A stretch of 64,000 nucleotides of DNA, taken from positions 11,966,001 through 12,030,000 of the forward strand of contig OZ059894.1 in assembly GCA_964057225.1 (NCBI GenBank). The letters run 5' to 3'. The position numbers and the translations under genes are program-made. Below the pieces are notes generated by a model. That model saw nothing but the letters and a program-made list of their open reading frames with translations. It had not been told where the DNA came from and ran no database searches. Of the stretch, positions 9,862-23,544 are shown piece by piece; position 1 is the stretch's first letter; every line of letters begins with the position of its first letter. Source of the DNA: Auanema rhodensis. Taxonomy: Eukaryota > Animalia > Nematoda.

Positions 9862-10876
9862 AATGGGCCGTTCCCGCCAGCAGTGCAAGAGCGGGTCGAC
9901 CCGTGAGGTGGAGCTAGCAAGCCAGCATCTACCTCAAGTCTCAAAAATCGGTTAACCTTATTGTGAACCAATGGAACACATATCGAAGGTTAATTCGATA
10001 AGAACGATTTATTGAAGTAGATAATGTTTGTCCCGGAGGACTACAATATTAAAATAATTACTGAAGCCCGAAGGCAGCGAGAAATAGTAAGGATACTACC
10101 TGCACTGAGTGCGTCGTATCATAAAAAAAGAGATAGCTAATGGGCAAGTTGAAGAGCTTGAAATTAACAATGACGTCACTAGAAGTAAAGTTTTCTATCT
10201 GCAGCTGCGGGTAAAGAGGGTCAGCGTAAGCAGAATTCAATTCTACCAACAATTAGTGGGAACATTGAGAGAACAGATGAAGGAGGAAATTGTAACTTCA
10301 AGTAAAATAGATTATATCTTCAGCTGCGGGTAAAGAGAGTCAGCTTTGTACAGATTACTAGTTTACATAAGAAGTGGTAACATTTCAAAAAAGGAGCACA
10401 ACATAAAAAACGAGACTACGGACTATGAGGTAAATGTTATCATTGTCTGGATCGATGATTCGGCATTTGATTGCAGCTGCGGATTGAGTGGATCAGCTTG
10501 CATGGCGTCCGCATTCGACATCAGGGAAAATGATGAGTTTCTTGAGGTCCGGCTCGGCGGGCTGTTATGTCCTATTCCCTGTTGATGGTGTTGTTGTCCT
10601 TGAGCTTGTTCTTCTTCCCAGAAAAAAAAAAACTGTGAAGCTGAAGAGTCCTATTAAACGTCTTTAAACGCAAGATTAATAAGAAGCTACTACAGCTAAC
10701 ACAGGACCGCCTCAAGGCCTGGTAGATCAACCAGTGTTGCTTCAATCACCAAGTATTGCGGCCTGGGCCCTTGGATCAATTCACAACACCAGTATAGCAA
10801 TGGAACACATATCGAAGGTTAATTCGATAAGAACGATTACTACACTTTGATCTTAGCCAAAAGGCCGAGAAGCGAT
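9862..10876 (-). pseudogene. U2: U2 snRNA gene interrupted by element A
   Basis: Same as 289-1303. Confidence 0.93.
10009..10797 (-). mobile_element. Element A copy 4
   Basis: Same sequence and junctions as 436-1224. Confidence 0.85.
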
Positions 10877-11318
10877 ACAGCATAGCCATGAGTATCAAAG
10901 ACATCAAGCAAATGTATCGTACTTGTTACGAGTGCACTCTCTCATTTGAATATAAAAGTGTGGTTTGACAATCTTGACTGTACAGGTCATAAATGGCTCA
11001 TATAAACTGTGGATTTACTCAACTTTTGGACTTATTTTTTTCTTATTCGAAGCGCTGCACTTTTTTCTATTCTTTTTATTCAAATACTTGTATATAGTTT
11101 TATATGTACGGTTGCAAAGTTTCCGAATATTTTATATATTTTTATACAATAATTAGGAGAAGGTTAATACAATGAAATCTCCCAACTTTACAGTGTTTGT
11201 ATTGCTTACAGTATCTAGAACAACCACTCTTGTAATATTAGAGCACATATCAATCAACAACTTTTTCTAGTTATCAAAGCTTTTTTATTTCTTCAAGATA
11301 TTTCAAATAAAATATAAA

Positions 11319-11437
11319 AGCTTACGACACCCGGGATTCCCAAGCCGTCTCCGATCCAAGTACTAACCGGGCCCAACGTTGCTTGACTTGCCAGATCGGA
11401 CGGGATGGCGTACTTTCAACGTGGTATGGTCGTAAGC
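11319..11437 (-). rRNA. 5S: 5S rRNA
   Basis: Identical copy. Confidence 0.97.
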
Positions 11438-11678
11438 AATGTTATATTCTTCATTATCAGTTATATCACTCTAAATCTTGTTGTTAATAGTTAGGACCAC
11501 AAAGAAAACAACAGGAACAGTAACAAATGAAATGCCCAAACTTTACAGTGTTCGAGTTATTTACAGTATCTAAGACTACCTCTGTCGTGTTATTAGAGCA
11601 AACATTCGATTAACAACAACTTTTTTTTAGTTATCAAAGCTTTTTTATTTCTTCAAAAAATTTCAAATAAAATATAAA

Positions 11679-11797
11679 AGCTTACGACACCCGGGATTCC
11701 CAAGCCGTCTCCGATCCAAGTACTAACCGGGCCCAACGTTGCTTGACTTGCCAGATCGGACGGGATGGCGTACTTTCAACGTGGTATGGTCGTAAGC
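11679..11797 (-). rRNA. 5S: 5S rRNA
   Basis: Identical copy. Confidence 0.97.
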
Positions 11798-11939
11798 AAT
11801 GTTATATTCTTCATTATCAGTTATATCACTCTAAATCTTGTTGTTAATAGATACGACCACAAAGAAAACAACAGGAACAGTAACAATAACAAAAAAAATT
11901 TTTTTTTCACCTATGTGTCTAAAGGTTAGCCATGTATCC

Positions 11940-11989
<50 letters not shown>

Positions 11990-13168
11990 ACAGTAAAAAG
12001 TCCAATCAAGAGAGAAATTTTTTCAACACATAGTTGTTTTTTTTTAAATATCATTGTTTTTCCTCATAACTCGGTTTAAACTCGTTCTAACCCGTTGAAA
12101 TACGTCTAGAAAGTCTTTATAACATGCATATGTATGATAGAACTTCATATTTATTGTAATAGAAAATTTTATTTTCAGACGTCTTGGTTAACAATGATAT
12201 GTTTTACCCCCTTATAATTTTTATCATAATGTTCCTTATACGGAACGCTCAATGAAACTTGCTTCCAGAAAAATTTCTTTCTATTTTTTCTTCATATGTA
12301 CGTAGATACTATAGAGAACTATGATAGAAAACTTTAACATTCACGAAATCATCATTTCTCATTACGCTACGGAGGTTTAAAAAGCTGTGTTTTACCTTAT
12401 AATAGACCGGAAAACCCTTGTGTTAAAACTGGACCGTTTTTACACATATAAAAATGTCCCGTATTCGGGACCCTAATGTAACTTTTGATTCCCTATATTT
12501 TTTTTCATGAAATTTACAATCTACTGTAGAAAGAAGAATTATTTTTATAAAAACTGTAAATTTTTGAAAAATGAAAACAAAACGAAAACAAAAACAACTT
12601 TTTTTTGAACATTTTCTCACACAAGGGTCCCCCCTTACCTACTTTTTTTCTCATTACTCGTTTCAACCTCATCCGATCACTCTGCAAACATGTTTAATCG
12701 TTCTAACTTGTTGAAATACGTCTTAAAAGTCTAAACAACATGCATATGCATAATAGAAACCACCCGAATAGGCCCCCACGCACTAAACGAGATATATACA
12801 TTACCAGTATAGTAATAGAACACATATTGAAGATTAATTCGATAAGAACAATTTATTGACGTAGAGAATGTTTGTTCCGAAAAACTACAATATTAAACTA
12901 TAAAAGTAACAAAAGCGTAGAGGCAGCAAAGACATGAATAAACATAAATGTAAATACAGAATTACCAGGTAGTACATAAGTATGACAAAAAATTATAAGA
13001 AAGCCATGAAAATAGAAGGTTTGTGAACAAATGAGAGGTACATCTTTGATCGTATAGTCATTTCTAAACCGTTCGTATGCTGCAGCATCGTCATAAGCGT
13101 CACTCAAGTTGAATTTCCATGTGTACTACACGATTTTCATTCTTATTGTTACATTCTTTCCCTGAGGG

Positions 13169-14183
13169 AATGGGCCGTTCCCGCCAGCAGTGCAAGAGCG
13201 GGTCGACCCGTGAGGTGGAGCTAGCAAGCCAGCATCTACCTCAAGTCTCAAAAATCGGTTAACCTTATTGTGAACCAATGGAACACATATCGAAGGTTAA
13301 TTCGATAAGAACGATTTATTGAAGTAGATAATGTTTGTCCCGGAGGACTACAATATTAAAATAATTACTGAAGCCCGAAGGCAGCGAGAAATAGTAAGGA
13401 TACTACCTGCACTGAGTGCGTCGTATCATAAAAAAAGAGATAGCTAATGGGCAAGTTGAAGAGCTTGAAATTAACAATGACGTCACTAGAAGTAAAGTTT
13501 TCTATCTGCAGCTGCGGGTAAAGAGGGTCAGCGTAAGCAGAATTCAATTCTACCAACAATTAGTGGGAACATTGAGAGAACAGATGAAGGAGGAAATTGT
13601 AACTTCAAGTAAAATAGATTATATCTTCAGCTGCGGGTAAAGAGAGTCAGCTTTGTACAGATTACTAGTTTACATAAGAAGTGGTAACATTTCAAAAAAG
13701 GAGCACAACATAAAAAACGAGACTACGGACTATGAGGTAAATGTTATCATTGTCTGGATCGATGATTCGGCATTTGATTGCAGCTGCGGATTGAGTGGAT
13801 CAGCTTGCATGGCGTCCGCATTCGACATCAGGGAAAATGATGAGTTTCTTGAGGTCCGGCTCGGCGGGCTGTTATGTCCTATTCCCTGTTGATGGTGTTG
13901 TTGTCCTTGAGCTTGTTCTTCTTCCCAGAAAAAAAAAAACTGTGAAGCTGAAGAGTCCTATTAAACGTCTTTAAACGCAAGATTAATAAGAAGCTACTAC
14001 AGCTAACACAGGACCGCCTCAAGGCCTGGTAGATCAACCAGTGTTGCTTCAATCACCAAGTATTGCGGCCTGGGCCCTTGGATCAATTCACAACACCAGT
14101 ATAGCAATGGAACACATATCGAAGGTTAATTCGATAAGAACGATTACTACACTTTGATCTTAGCCAAAAGGCCGAGAAGCGAT
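13169..14183 (-). pseudogene. U2: U2 snRNA gene interrupted by element A
   Basis: Same as 289-1303. Confidence 0.93.
13316..14104 (-). mobile_element. Element A copy 5
   Basis: Same sequence and junctions as 436-1224. Confidence 0.85.
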
Positions 14184-14625
14184 ACAGCATAGCCATGAGT
14201 ATCAAAGACATCAAGCAAATGTATCGTACTTGTTACGAGTGCACTCTCTCATTTGAATATAAAAGTGTGGTTTGACAATCTTGACTGTACAGGTCATAAA
14301 TGGCTCATATAAACTGTGGATTTACTCAACTTTTGGACTTATTTTTTTCTTATTCGAAGCGCTGCACTTTTTTCTATTCTTTTTATTCAAATACTTGTAT
14401 ATAGTTTTATATGTACGGTTGCAAAGTTTCCGAATATTTTATATATTTTTATACAATAATTAGGAGAAGGTTAATACAATGAAATCTCCCAACTTTACAG
14501 TGTTTGTATTGCTTACAGTATCTAGAACAACCACTCTTGTAATATTAGAGCACATATCAATCAACAACTTTTTCTAGTTATCAAAGCTTTTTTATTTCTT
14601 CAAGATATTTCAAATAAAATATAAA

Positions 14626-14744
14626 AGCTTACGACACCCGGGATTCCCAAGCCGTCTCCGATCCAAGTACTAACCGGGCCCAACGTTGCTTGACTTGCCA
14701 GATCGGACGGGATGGCGTACTTTCAACGTGGTATGGTCGTAAGC
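14626..14744 (-). rRNA. 5S: 5S rRNA (single-5S unit)
   Basis: Identical copy; second sub-repeat missing. Confidence 0.97.
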
Positions 14745-14886
14745 AATGTTATATTCTTCATTATCAGTTATATCACTCTAAATCTTGTTGTTAATAGATA
14801 CGACCACAAAGAAAACAACAGGAACAGTAACAATAACAAAAAAAATTTTTTTTTCACCTATGTGTCTAAAGGTTAGCCATGTATCC

Positions 14887-14936
<50 letters not shown>

Positions 14937-15010
14937 ACAGTAAAAAGTCCAATCAAGAGAGAAATTTTTTCAACACATAGTTGTTTTTTTTTAAATATCA
15001 TTGTTTTTCC

Positions 15011-15210
15011 NNNNNNNNNNNNNNNNNNNNNNNNNNNNNNNNNNNNNNNNNNNNNNNNNNNNNNNNNNNNNNNNNNNNNNNNNNNNNNNNNNNNNNNNNN
15101 NNNNNNNNNNNNNNNNNNNNNNNNNNNNNNNNNNNNNNNNNNNNNNNNNNNNNNNNNNNNNNNNNNNNNNNNNNNNNNNNNNNNNNNNNNNNNNNNNNNN
15201 NNNNNNNNNN
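15011..15210. other. Assembly gap (200 N)
   Basis: Run of N. Confidence 1.
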
Positions 15211-16066
15211 TAGGAAATGTTTTGCCCCGTAGGACTACAAGTAAATATTATCTAGCACAAGGCTATTAGAGAATGATAAGATACTACCTGCACTAAGTGC
15301 GTCGCATCGTAAAGGGAAAAAAATTAAACAATGGGAGTTTAACAGCATGAAATTGAGAGAAAAGACATATCCGAGTGTGAATAAAATTACGGGTGAACGG
15401 AACATGGAGTACGAGAGACATACAAAACGAGACTAAGTGAAAAGAAAAAGTCTTGTATCACGTTCATGAAGGTTCGACGGATCCGGTAAGAAGCTGCGGG
15501 TTCAGAAGGTCAGCTTTCATCTCGTAGTCGTGGCGCATCAGGAATTTGTGAAGCTTTCCGGCTTTGCAGACGGCTGTATTGGTCCTCGTAGGATGGTGGA
15601 AGATGTTGTCGCTTAGTGATGTTACACATAAAGATATGCAAAAATAGAACAATTCAAAGAAAAAGAGCACAATTAAAACGAGATTTGGAGAGAAGAGAAG
15701 TCTTATATCACTTTCGATGGTTCGGAAGCTCCAGTCTGCTGCTGCGGTTTAGGGGGTGCAACTGGCATGTCGGAGGCGTAGCACATCATAGGTCAAGCTT
15801 GCTGGACTCCCGGCTCGGCTGGTGGCTGTGAGTTTTCCTTGTGCTTGTTCTCGGTGGTGGTCCCTGGGCTGTCTCTTCACCAAAAATTACTATACTAATT
15901 GCACATTTCATTTAAACGACCCATTTCAGAAGCTTTAAGAGGAAAAGCTACAATTAGCATAGGACCGCCTCAAGGCCTGGTGGATCATTCAATTTAGTTT
16001 CAATCGCCAAGTATAGCGGCCTGGGCCCTTGGGTCAATTCACTGAACCAGTGTAGTATCGATTGTT
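15211..16066 (-). mobile_element. Element B: diverged relative of element A inserted in U2; extreme 3' end lost in the gap
   Basis: Follows U2 nt 79 like element A; shares 5' module (15961-16055 vs 1130-1224) and 3' hairpins (15217-15312 vs 451-550); interior diverged. Confidence 0.85.
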
Positions 16067-16145
16067 CAATGGAACACATATCGAAGGTTAATTCGATAAG
16101 AACGATTACTACACTTTGATCTTAGCCAAAAGGCCGAGAAGCGAT
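16067..16145 (-). pseudogene. U2: U2 snRNA 5' fragment (nt 1-79) upstream of element B
   Basis: Identical to U2 nt 1-79. Confidence 0.92.
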
Positions 16146-16587
16146 ACAGCATAGCCATGAGTATCAAAGACATCAAGCAAATGTATCGTACTTGTTACGA
16201 GTGCACTCTCTCATTTGAATATAAAAGTGTGGTTTGACAATCTTGACTGTACAGGTCATAAATGGCTCATATAAACTGTGGATTTACTCAACTTTTGGAC
16301 TTATTTTTTTCTTATTCGAAGCGCTGCACTTTTTTCTATTCTTTTTATTCAAATACTTGTATATAGTTTTATATGTACGGTTGCAAAGTTTCCGAATATT
16401 TTATATATTTTTATACAATAATTAGGAGAAGGTTAATACAATGAAATCTCCCAACTTTACAGTGTTTGTATTGCTTACAGTATCTAGAACAACCACTCTT
16501 GTAATATTAGAGCACATATCAATCAACAACTTTTTCTAGTTATCAAAGCTTTTTTATTTCTTCAAGATATTTCAAATAAAATATAAA

Positions 16588-16706
16588 AGCTTACGACACC
16601 CGGGATTCCCAAGCCGTCTCCGATCCAAGTACTAACCGGGCCCAACGTTGCTTGACTTGCCAGATCGGACGGGATGGCGTACTTTCAACGTGGTATGGTC
16701 GTAAGC
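16588..16706 (-). rRNA. 5S: 5S rRNA
   Basis: Identical copy. Confidence 0.97.
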
Positions 16707-16947
16707 AATGTTATATTCTTCATTATCAGTTATATCACTCTAAATCTTGTTGTTAATAGTTAGGACCACAAAGAAAACAACAGGAACAGTAACAAATGAA
16801 ATGCCCAAACTTTACAGTGTTCGAGTTATTTACAGTATCTAAGACTACCTCTGTCGTGTTATTAGAGCAAACATTCGATTAACAACAACTTTTTTTTAGT
16901 TATCAAAGCTTTTTTATTTCTTCAAAAAATTTCAAATAAAATATAAA

Positions 16948-17066
16948 AGCTTACGACACCCGGGATTCCCAAGCCGTCTCCGATCCAAGTACTAACCGGG
17001 CCCAACGTTGCTTGACTTGCCAGATCGGACGGGATGGCGTACTTTCAACGTGGTATGGTCGTAAGC
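16948..17066 (-). rRNA. 5S: 5S rRNA
   Basis: Identical copy. Confidence 0.97.
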
Positions 17067-17208
17067 AATGTCATATTCTTCATTATCAGTTATATCACTC
17101 TAAATCTTGTTGTTAATAGATACGACCACAAAGAAAACAACAGGAACAGTAACAATAACAAAAAAAATTTTTTTTTCACCTATGTGTCTAAAGGTTAGCC
17201 ATGTATCC

Positions 17209-17252
<44 letters not shown>

Positions 17253-18432
17253 ACAGTAAAAAGTCCAATCAAGAGAGAAATTTTTTCAACACATAGTTGT
17301 TTTTTTTTTAAATATCATTGTTTTTCCTCATAACTCGGTTTAAACTCGTTCTAACCCGTTGAAATACGTCTAGAAAGTCTTTATAACATGCATATGTATG
17401 ATAGAACTTCATATTTATTGTAATAGAAAATTTTATTTTCAGACGTCTTGGTTAACAATGATATGTTTTACCCCCTTATAATTTTTATCATAATGTTCCT
17501 TATACGGAACGCTCAATGAAACTTGCTTCCAGAAAAATTTCTTTCTATTTTTTCTTCATATGTACGTAGATACTATAGAGAACTATGATAGAAAACTTTA
17601 ACATTCACGAAATCATCATTTCTCATTACGCTACGGAGGTTTAAAAAGCTGTGTTTTACCTTATAATAGACCGGAAAACCCTTGTGTTAAAACTGGACCG
17701 TTTTTACACATATAAAAATGTCCCGTATTCGGGACCCTAATGTAACTTTTGATTCCCTATATTTTTTTTCATGAAATTTACAATCTACTGTAGAAAGAAG
17801 AATTATTTTTATAAAAACTGTAAATTTTTGAAAAATGAAAACAAAACGAAAACAAAAACAACTTTTTTTTGAACATTTTCTCACACAAGGGTCCCCCCTT
17901 ACCTACTTTTTTTCTCATTACTCGTTTCAACCTCATCCGATCACTCTGCAAACATGTTTAATCGTTCTAACTTGTTGAAATACGTCTTAAAAGTCTAAAC
18001 AACATGCATATGCATAATAGAAACCACCCGAATAGGCCCCCACGCACTAAACGAGATATATACATTACCAGTATAGTAATAGAACACATATTGAAGATTA
18101 ATTCGATAAGAACAATTTATTGACGTAGAGAATGTTTGTTCCGAAAAACTACAATATTAAACTATAAAAGTAACAAAAGCGTAGAGGCAGCAAAGACATG
18201 AATAAACATAAATGTAAATACAGAATTACCAGGTAGTACATAAGTATGACAAAAAATTATAAGAAAGCCATGAAAATAGAAGGTTTGTGAACAAATGAGA
18301 GGTACATCTTTGATCGTATAGTCATTTCTAAACCGTTCGTATGCTGCAGCATCGTCATAAGCGTCACTCAAGTTGAATTTCCATGTGTACTACACGATTT
18401 TCATTCTTATTGTTACATTCTTTCCCTGAGGG

Positions 18433-18618
18433 AATGGGCCGTTCCCGCCAGCAGTGCAAGAGCGGGTCGACCCGTGAGGTGGAGCTAGCAAGCCAGCATC
18501 TACCTCAAGTCTCAAAAATCGGTTAACCTTATTGTGAACCAATGGAACACATATCGAAGGTTAATTCGATAAGAACGATTACTACACTTTGATCTTAGCC
18601 AAAAGGCCGAGAAGCGAT
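18433..18618 (-). ncRNA. U2: U2 snRNA, intact
   Basis: ~186 nt: conserved 5' end, GTAGTA, stem IIa TATCGAA-TTAACC-TTCGATA with IIc complement GGTTAA, Sm site ATTTTTG, stem III, stem IV with TTGCACT loop; 3' end +/-3 nt. Confidence 0.96.
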
Positions 18619-19060
18619 ACAGCATAGCCATGAGTATCAAAGACATCAAGCAAATGTATCGTACTTGTTACGAGTGCACTCTCTCATTTGAATATAAAAG
18701 TGTGGTTTGACAATCTTGACTGTACAGGTCATAAATGGCTCATATAAACTGTGGATTTACTCAACTTTTGGACTTATTTTTTTCTTATTCGAAGCGCTGC
18801 ACTTTTTTCTATTCTTTTTATTCAAATACTTGTATATAGTTTTATATGTACGGTTGCAAAGTTTCCGAATATTTTATATATTTTTATACAATAATTAGGA
18901 GAAGGTTAATACAATGAAATCTCCCAACTTTACAGTGTTTGTATTGCTTACAGTATCTAGAACAACCACTCTTGTAATATTAGAGCACATATCAATCAAC
19001 AACTTTTTCTAGTTATCAAAGCTTTTTTATTTCTTCAAGATATTTCAAATAAAATATAAA

Positions 19061-19179
19061 AGCTTACGACACCCGGGATTCCCAAGCCGTCTCCGATCCA
19101 AGTACTAACCGGGCCCAACGTTGCTTGACTTGCCAGATCGGACGGGATGGCGTACTTTCAACGTGGTATGGTCGTAAGC
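19061..19179 (-). rRNA. 5S: 5S rRNA
   Basis: Identical copy. Confidence 0.97.
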
Positions 19180-19420
19180 AATGTTATATTCTTCATTATC
19201 AGTTATATCACTCTAAATCTTGTTGTTAATAGTTAGGACCACAAAGAAAACAACAGGAACAGTAACAAATGAAATGCCCAAACTTTACAGTGTTCGAGTT
19301 ATTTACAGTATCTAAGACTACCTCTGTCGTGTTATTAGAGCAAACATTCGATTAACAACAACTTTTTTTTAGTTATCAAAGCTTTTTTATTTCTTCAAAA
19401 AATTTCAAATAAAATATAAA

Positions 19421-19539
19421 AGCTTACGACACCCGGGATTCCCAAGCCGTCTCCGATCCAAGTACTAACCGGGCCCAACGTTGCTTGACTTGCCAGATCG
19501 GACGGGATGGCGTACTTTCAACGTGGTATGGTCGTAAGC
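19421..19539 (-). rRNA. 5S: 5S rRNA
   Basis: Identical copy. Confidence 0.97.
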
Positions 19540-19681
19540 AATGTCATATTCTTCATTATCAGTTATATCACTCTAAATCTTGTTGTTAATAGATACGACC
19601 ACAAAGAAAACAACAGGAACAGTAACAATAACAAAAAAAATTTTTTTTTCACCTATGTGTCTAAAGGTTAGCCATGTATCC

Positions 19682-19725
<44 letters not shown>

Positions 19726-20905
19726 ACAGTAAAAAGTCCAATCAAGAGAGAAATTTTTTCAACACATAGTTGTTTTTTTTTTAAATATCATTGTTTTTCC
19801 TCATAACTCGGTTTAAACTCGTTCTAACCCGTTGAAATACGTCTAGAAAGTCTTTATAACATGCATATGTATGATAGAACTTTATATTTATTGTAATAGA
19901 AAATTTTATTTTCAGACGTCTTGGTTAACAATGATATGTTTTACCCCCTTATAATTTTTATCATAATGTTCCTTATACGGAACGCTCAATGAAACTTGCT
20001 TCCAGAAAAATTTCTTTCTATTTTTTCTTCATATGTACGTAGATACTATAGAGAACTATGATAGAAAACTTTAACATTCACGAAATCATCATTTCTCATT
20101 ACGCTACGGAGGTTTAAAAAGCTGTGTTTTACCTTATAATAGACCGGAAAACCCTTGTGTTAAAACTGGACCGTTTTTACACATATAAAAATGTCCCGTA
20201 TTCGGGACCCTAATGTAACTTTTGATTCCCTATATTTTTTTTCATGAAATTTACAATCTACTGTAGAAAGAAGAATTATTTTTATAAAAACTGTAAATTT
20301 TTGAAAAATGAAAACAAAACGAAAACAAAAACAACTTTTTTTTGAACATTTTCTCACACAAGGGTCCCCCCTTACCTACTTTTTTTCTCATTACTCGTTT
20401 CAACCTCATCCGATCACTCTGCAAACATGTTTAATCGTTCTAACTTGTTGAAATACGTCTTAAAAGTCTAAACAACATGCATATGCATAATAGAAACCAC
20501 CCGAATAGGCCCCCACGCACTAAACGAGATATATACATTACCAGTATAGTAATAGAACACATATTGAAGATTAATTCGATAAGAACAATTTATTGACGTA
20601 GAGAATGTTTGTTCCGAAAAACTACAATATTAAACTATAAAAGTAACAAAAGCGTAGAGGCAGCAAAGACATGAATAAACATAAATGTAAATACAGAATT
20701 ACCAGGTAGTACATAAGTATGACAAAAAATTATAAGAAAGCCATGAAAATAGAAGGTTTGTGAACAAATGAGAGGTACATCTTTGATCGTATAGTCATTT
20801 CTAAACCGTTCGTATGCTGCAGCATCGTCATAAGCGTCACTCAAGTTGAATTTCCATGTGTACTACACGATTTTCATTCTTATTGTTACATTCTTTCCCT
20901 GAGGG

Positions 20906-21091
20906 AATGGGCCGTTCCCGCCAGCAGTGCAAGAGCGGGTCGACCCGTGAGGTGGAGCTAGCAAGCCAGCATCTACCTCAAGTCTCAAAAATCGGTTAAC
21001 CTTATTGTGAACCAATGGAACACATATCGAAGGTTAATTCGATAAGAACGATTACTACACTTTGATCTTAGCCAAAAGGCCGAGAAGCGAT
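20906..21091 (-). ncRNA. U2: U2 snRNA, intact
   Basis: Same as 18433-18618. Confidence 0.96.
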
Positions 21092-21533
21092 ACAGCATAG
21101 CCATGAGTATCAAAGACATCAAGCAAATGTATCGTACTTGTTACGAGTGCACTCTCTCATTTGAATATAAAAGTGTGGTTTGACAATCTTGACTGTACAG
21201 GTCATAAATGGCTCATATAAACTGTGGATTTACTCAACTTTTGGACTTATTTTTTTCTTATTCGAAGCGCTGCACTTTTTTCTATTCTTTTTATTCAAAT
21301 ACTTGTATATAGTTTTATATGTACGGTTGCAAAGTTTCCGAATATTTTATATATTTTTATACAATAATTAGGAGAAGGTTAATACAATGAAATCTCCCAA
21401 CTTTACAGTGTTTGTATTGCTTACAGTATCTAGAACAACCACTCTTGTAATATTAGAGCACATATCAATCAACAACTTTTTCTAGTTATCAAAGCTTTTT
21501 TATTTCTTCAAGATATTTCAAATAAAATATAAA

Positions 21534-21652
21534 AGCTTACGACACCCGGGATTCCCAAGCCGTCTCCGATCCAAGTACTAACCGGGCCCAACGTTGCTTG
21601 ACTTGCCAGATCGGACGGGATGGCGTACTTTCAACGTGGTATGGTCGTAAGC
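21534..21652 (-). rRNA. 5S: 5S rRNA
   Basis: Identical copy. Confidence 0.97.
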
Positions 21653-21893
21653 AATGTTATATTCTTCATTATCAGTTATATCACTCTAAATCTTGTTGTT
21701 AATAGTTAGGACCACAAAGAAAACAACAGGAACAGTAACAAATGAAATGCCCAAACTTTACAGTGTTCGAGTTATTTACAGTATCTAAGACTACCTCTGT
21801 CGTGTTATTAGAGCAAACATTCGATTAACAACAACTTTTTTTTAGTTATCAAAGCTTTTTTATTTCTTCAAAAAATTTCAAATAAAATATAAA

Positions 21894-22012
21894 AGCTTAC
21901 GACACCCGGGATTCCCAAGCCGTCTCCGATCCAAGTACTAACCGGGCCCAACGTTGCTTGACTTGCCAGATCGGACGGGATGGCGTACTTTCAACGTGGT
22001 ATGGTCGTAAGC
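21894..22012 (-). rRNA. 5S: 5S rRNA
   Basis: Identical copy. Confidence 0.97.
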
Positions 22013-23358
22013 AATGTCATATTCTTCATTATCAGTTATATCACTCTAAATCTTGTTGTTAATAGATACGACCACAAAGAAAACAACAGGAACAGTAACA
22101 ATAACAAAAAAAATTTTTTTTTCACCTATGTGTCTAAAGGTTAGCCATGTATCCGTTTATATATATATATATATATCAACAGTAAAAAGTCCAATCAAGA
22201 GAGAAATTTTTTCAACACATAGTTGTTTTTTTTTTAAATATCATTGTTTTTCCTCATAACTCGGTTTAAACTCGTTCTAACCCGTTGAAATACGTCTAGA
22301 AAGTCTTTATAACATGCATATGTATGATAGAACTTCATATTTATTGTAATAGAAAATTTTATTTTCAGACGTCTTGGTTAACAATGATATGTTTTACCCC
22401 CTTATAATTTTTATCATAATGTTCCTTATACGGAACGCTCAATGAAACTTGCTTCCAGAAAAATTTCTTTCTATTTTTTCTTCATATGTACGTAGATACT
22501 ATAGAGAACTATGATAGAAAACTTTAACATTCACGAAATCATCATTTCTCATTACGCTACGGAGGTTTAAAAAGCTGTGTTTTACCTTATAATAGACCGG
22601 AAAACCCTTGTGTTAAAACTGGACCGTTTTTACACATATAAAAATGTCCCGTATTCGGGACCCTAATGTAACTTTTGATTCCCTATATTTTTTTTCATGA
22701 AATTTACAATCTACTGTAGAAAGAAGAATTATTTTTATAAAAACTGTAAATTTTTGAAAAATGAAAACAAAACGAAAACAAAAACAACTTTTTTTTGAAC
22801 ATTTTCTCACACAAGGGTCCCCCCTTACCTACTTTTTTTCTCATTACTCGTTTCAACCTCATCCGATCACTCTGCAAACATGTTTAATCGTTCTAACTTG
22901 TTGAAATACGTCTTAAAAGTCTAAACAACATGCATATGCATAATAGAAACCACCCGAATAGGCCCCCACGCACTAAACGAGATATATACATTACCAGTAT
23001 AGTAATAGAACACATATTGAAGATTAATTCGATAAGAACAATTTATTGACGTAGAGAATGTTTGTTCCGAAAAACTACAATATTAAACTATAAAAGTAAC
23101 AAAAGCGTAGAGGCAGCAAAGACATGAATAAACATAAATGTAAATACAGAATTACCAGGTAGTACATAAGTATGACAAAAAATTATAAGAAAGCCATGAA
23201 AATAGAAGGTTTGTGAACAAATGAGAGGTACATCTTTGATCGTATAGTCATTTCTAAACCGTTCGTATGCTGCAGCATCGTCATAAGCGTCACTCAAGTT
23301 GAATTTCCATGTGTACTACACGATTTTCATTCTTATTGTTACATTCTTTCCCTGAGGG

Positions 23359-23544
23359 AATGGGCCGTTCCCGCCAGCAGTGCAAGAGCGGGTCGACCCG
23401 TGAGGTGGAGCTAGCAAGCCAGCATCTACCTCAAGTCTCAAAAATCGGTTAACCTTATTGTGAACCAATGGAACACATATCGAAGGTTAATTCGATAAGA
23501 ACGATTACTACACTTTGATCTTAGCCAAAAGGCCGAGAAGCGAT
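23359..23544 (-). ncRNA. U2: U2 snRNA, intact
   Basis: Same as 18433-18618. Confidence 0.96.

Noticed and set aside
14981-15232. ORFs with poly-X
   Set aside because: Artefacts of the N gap.
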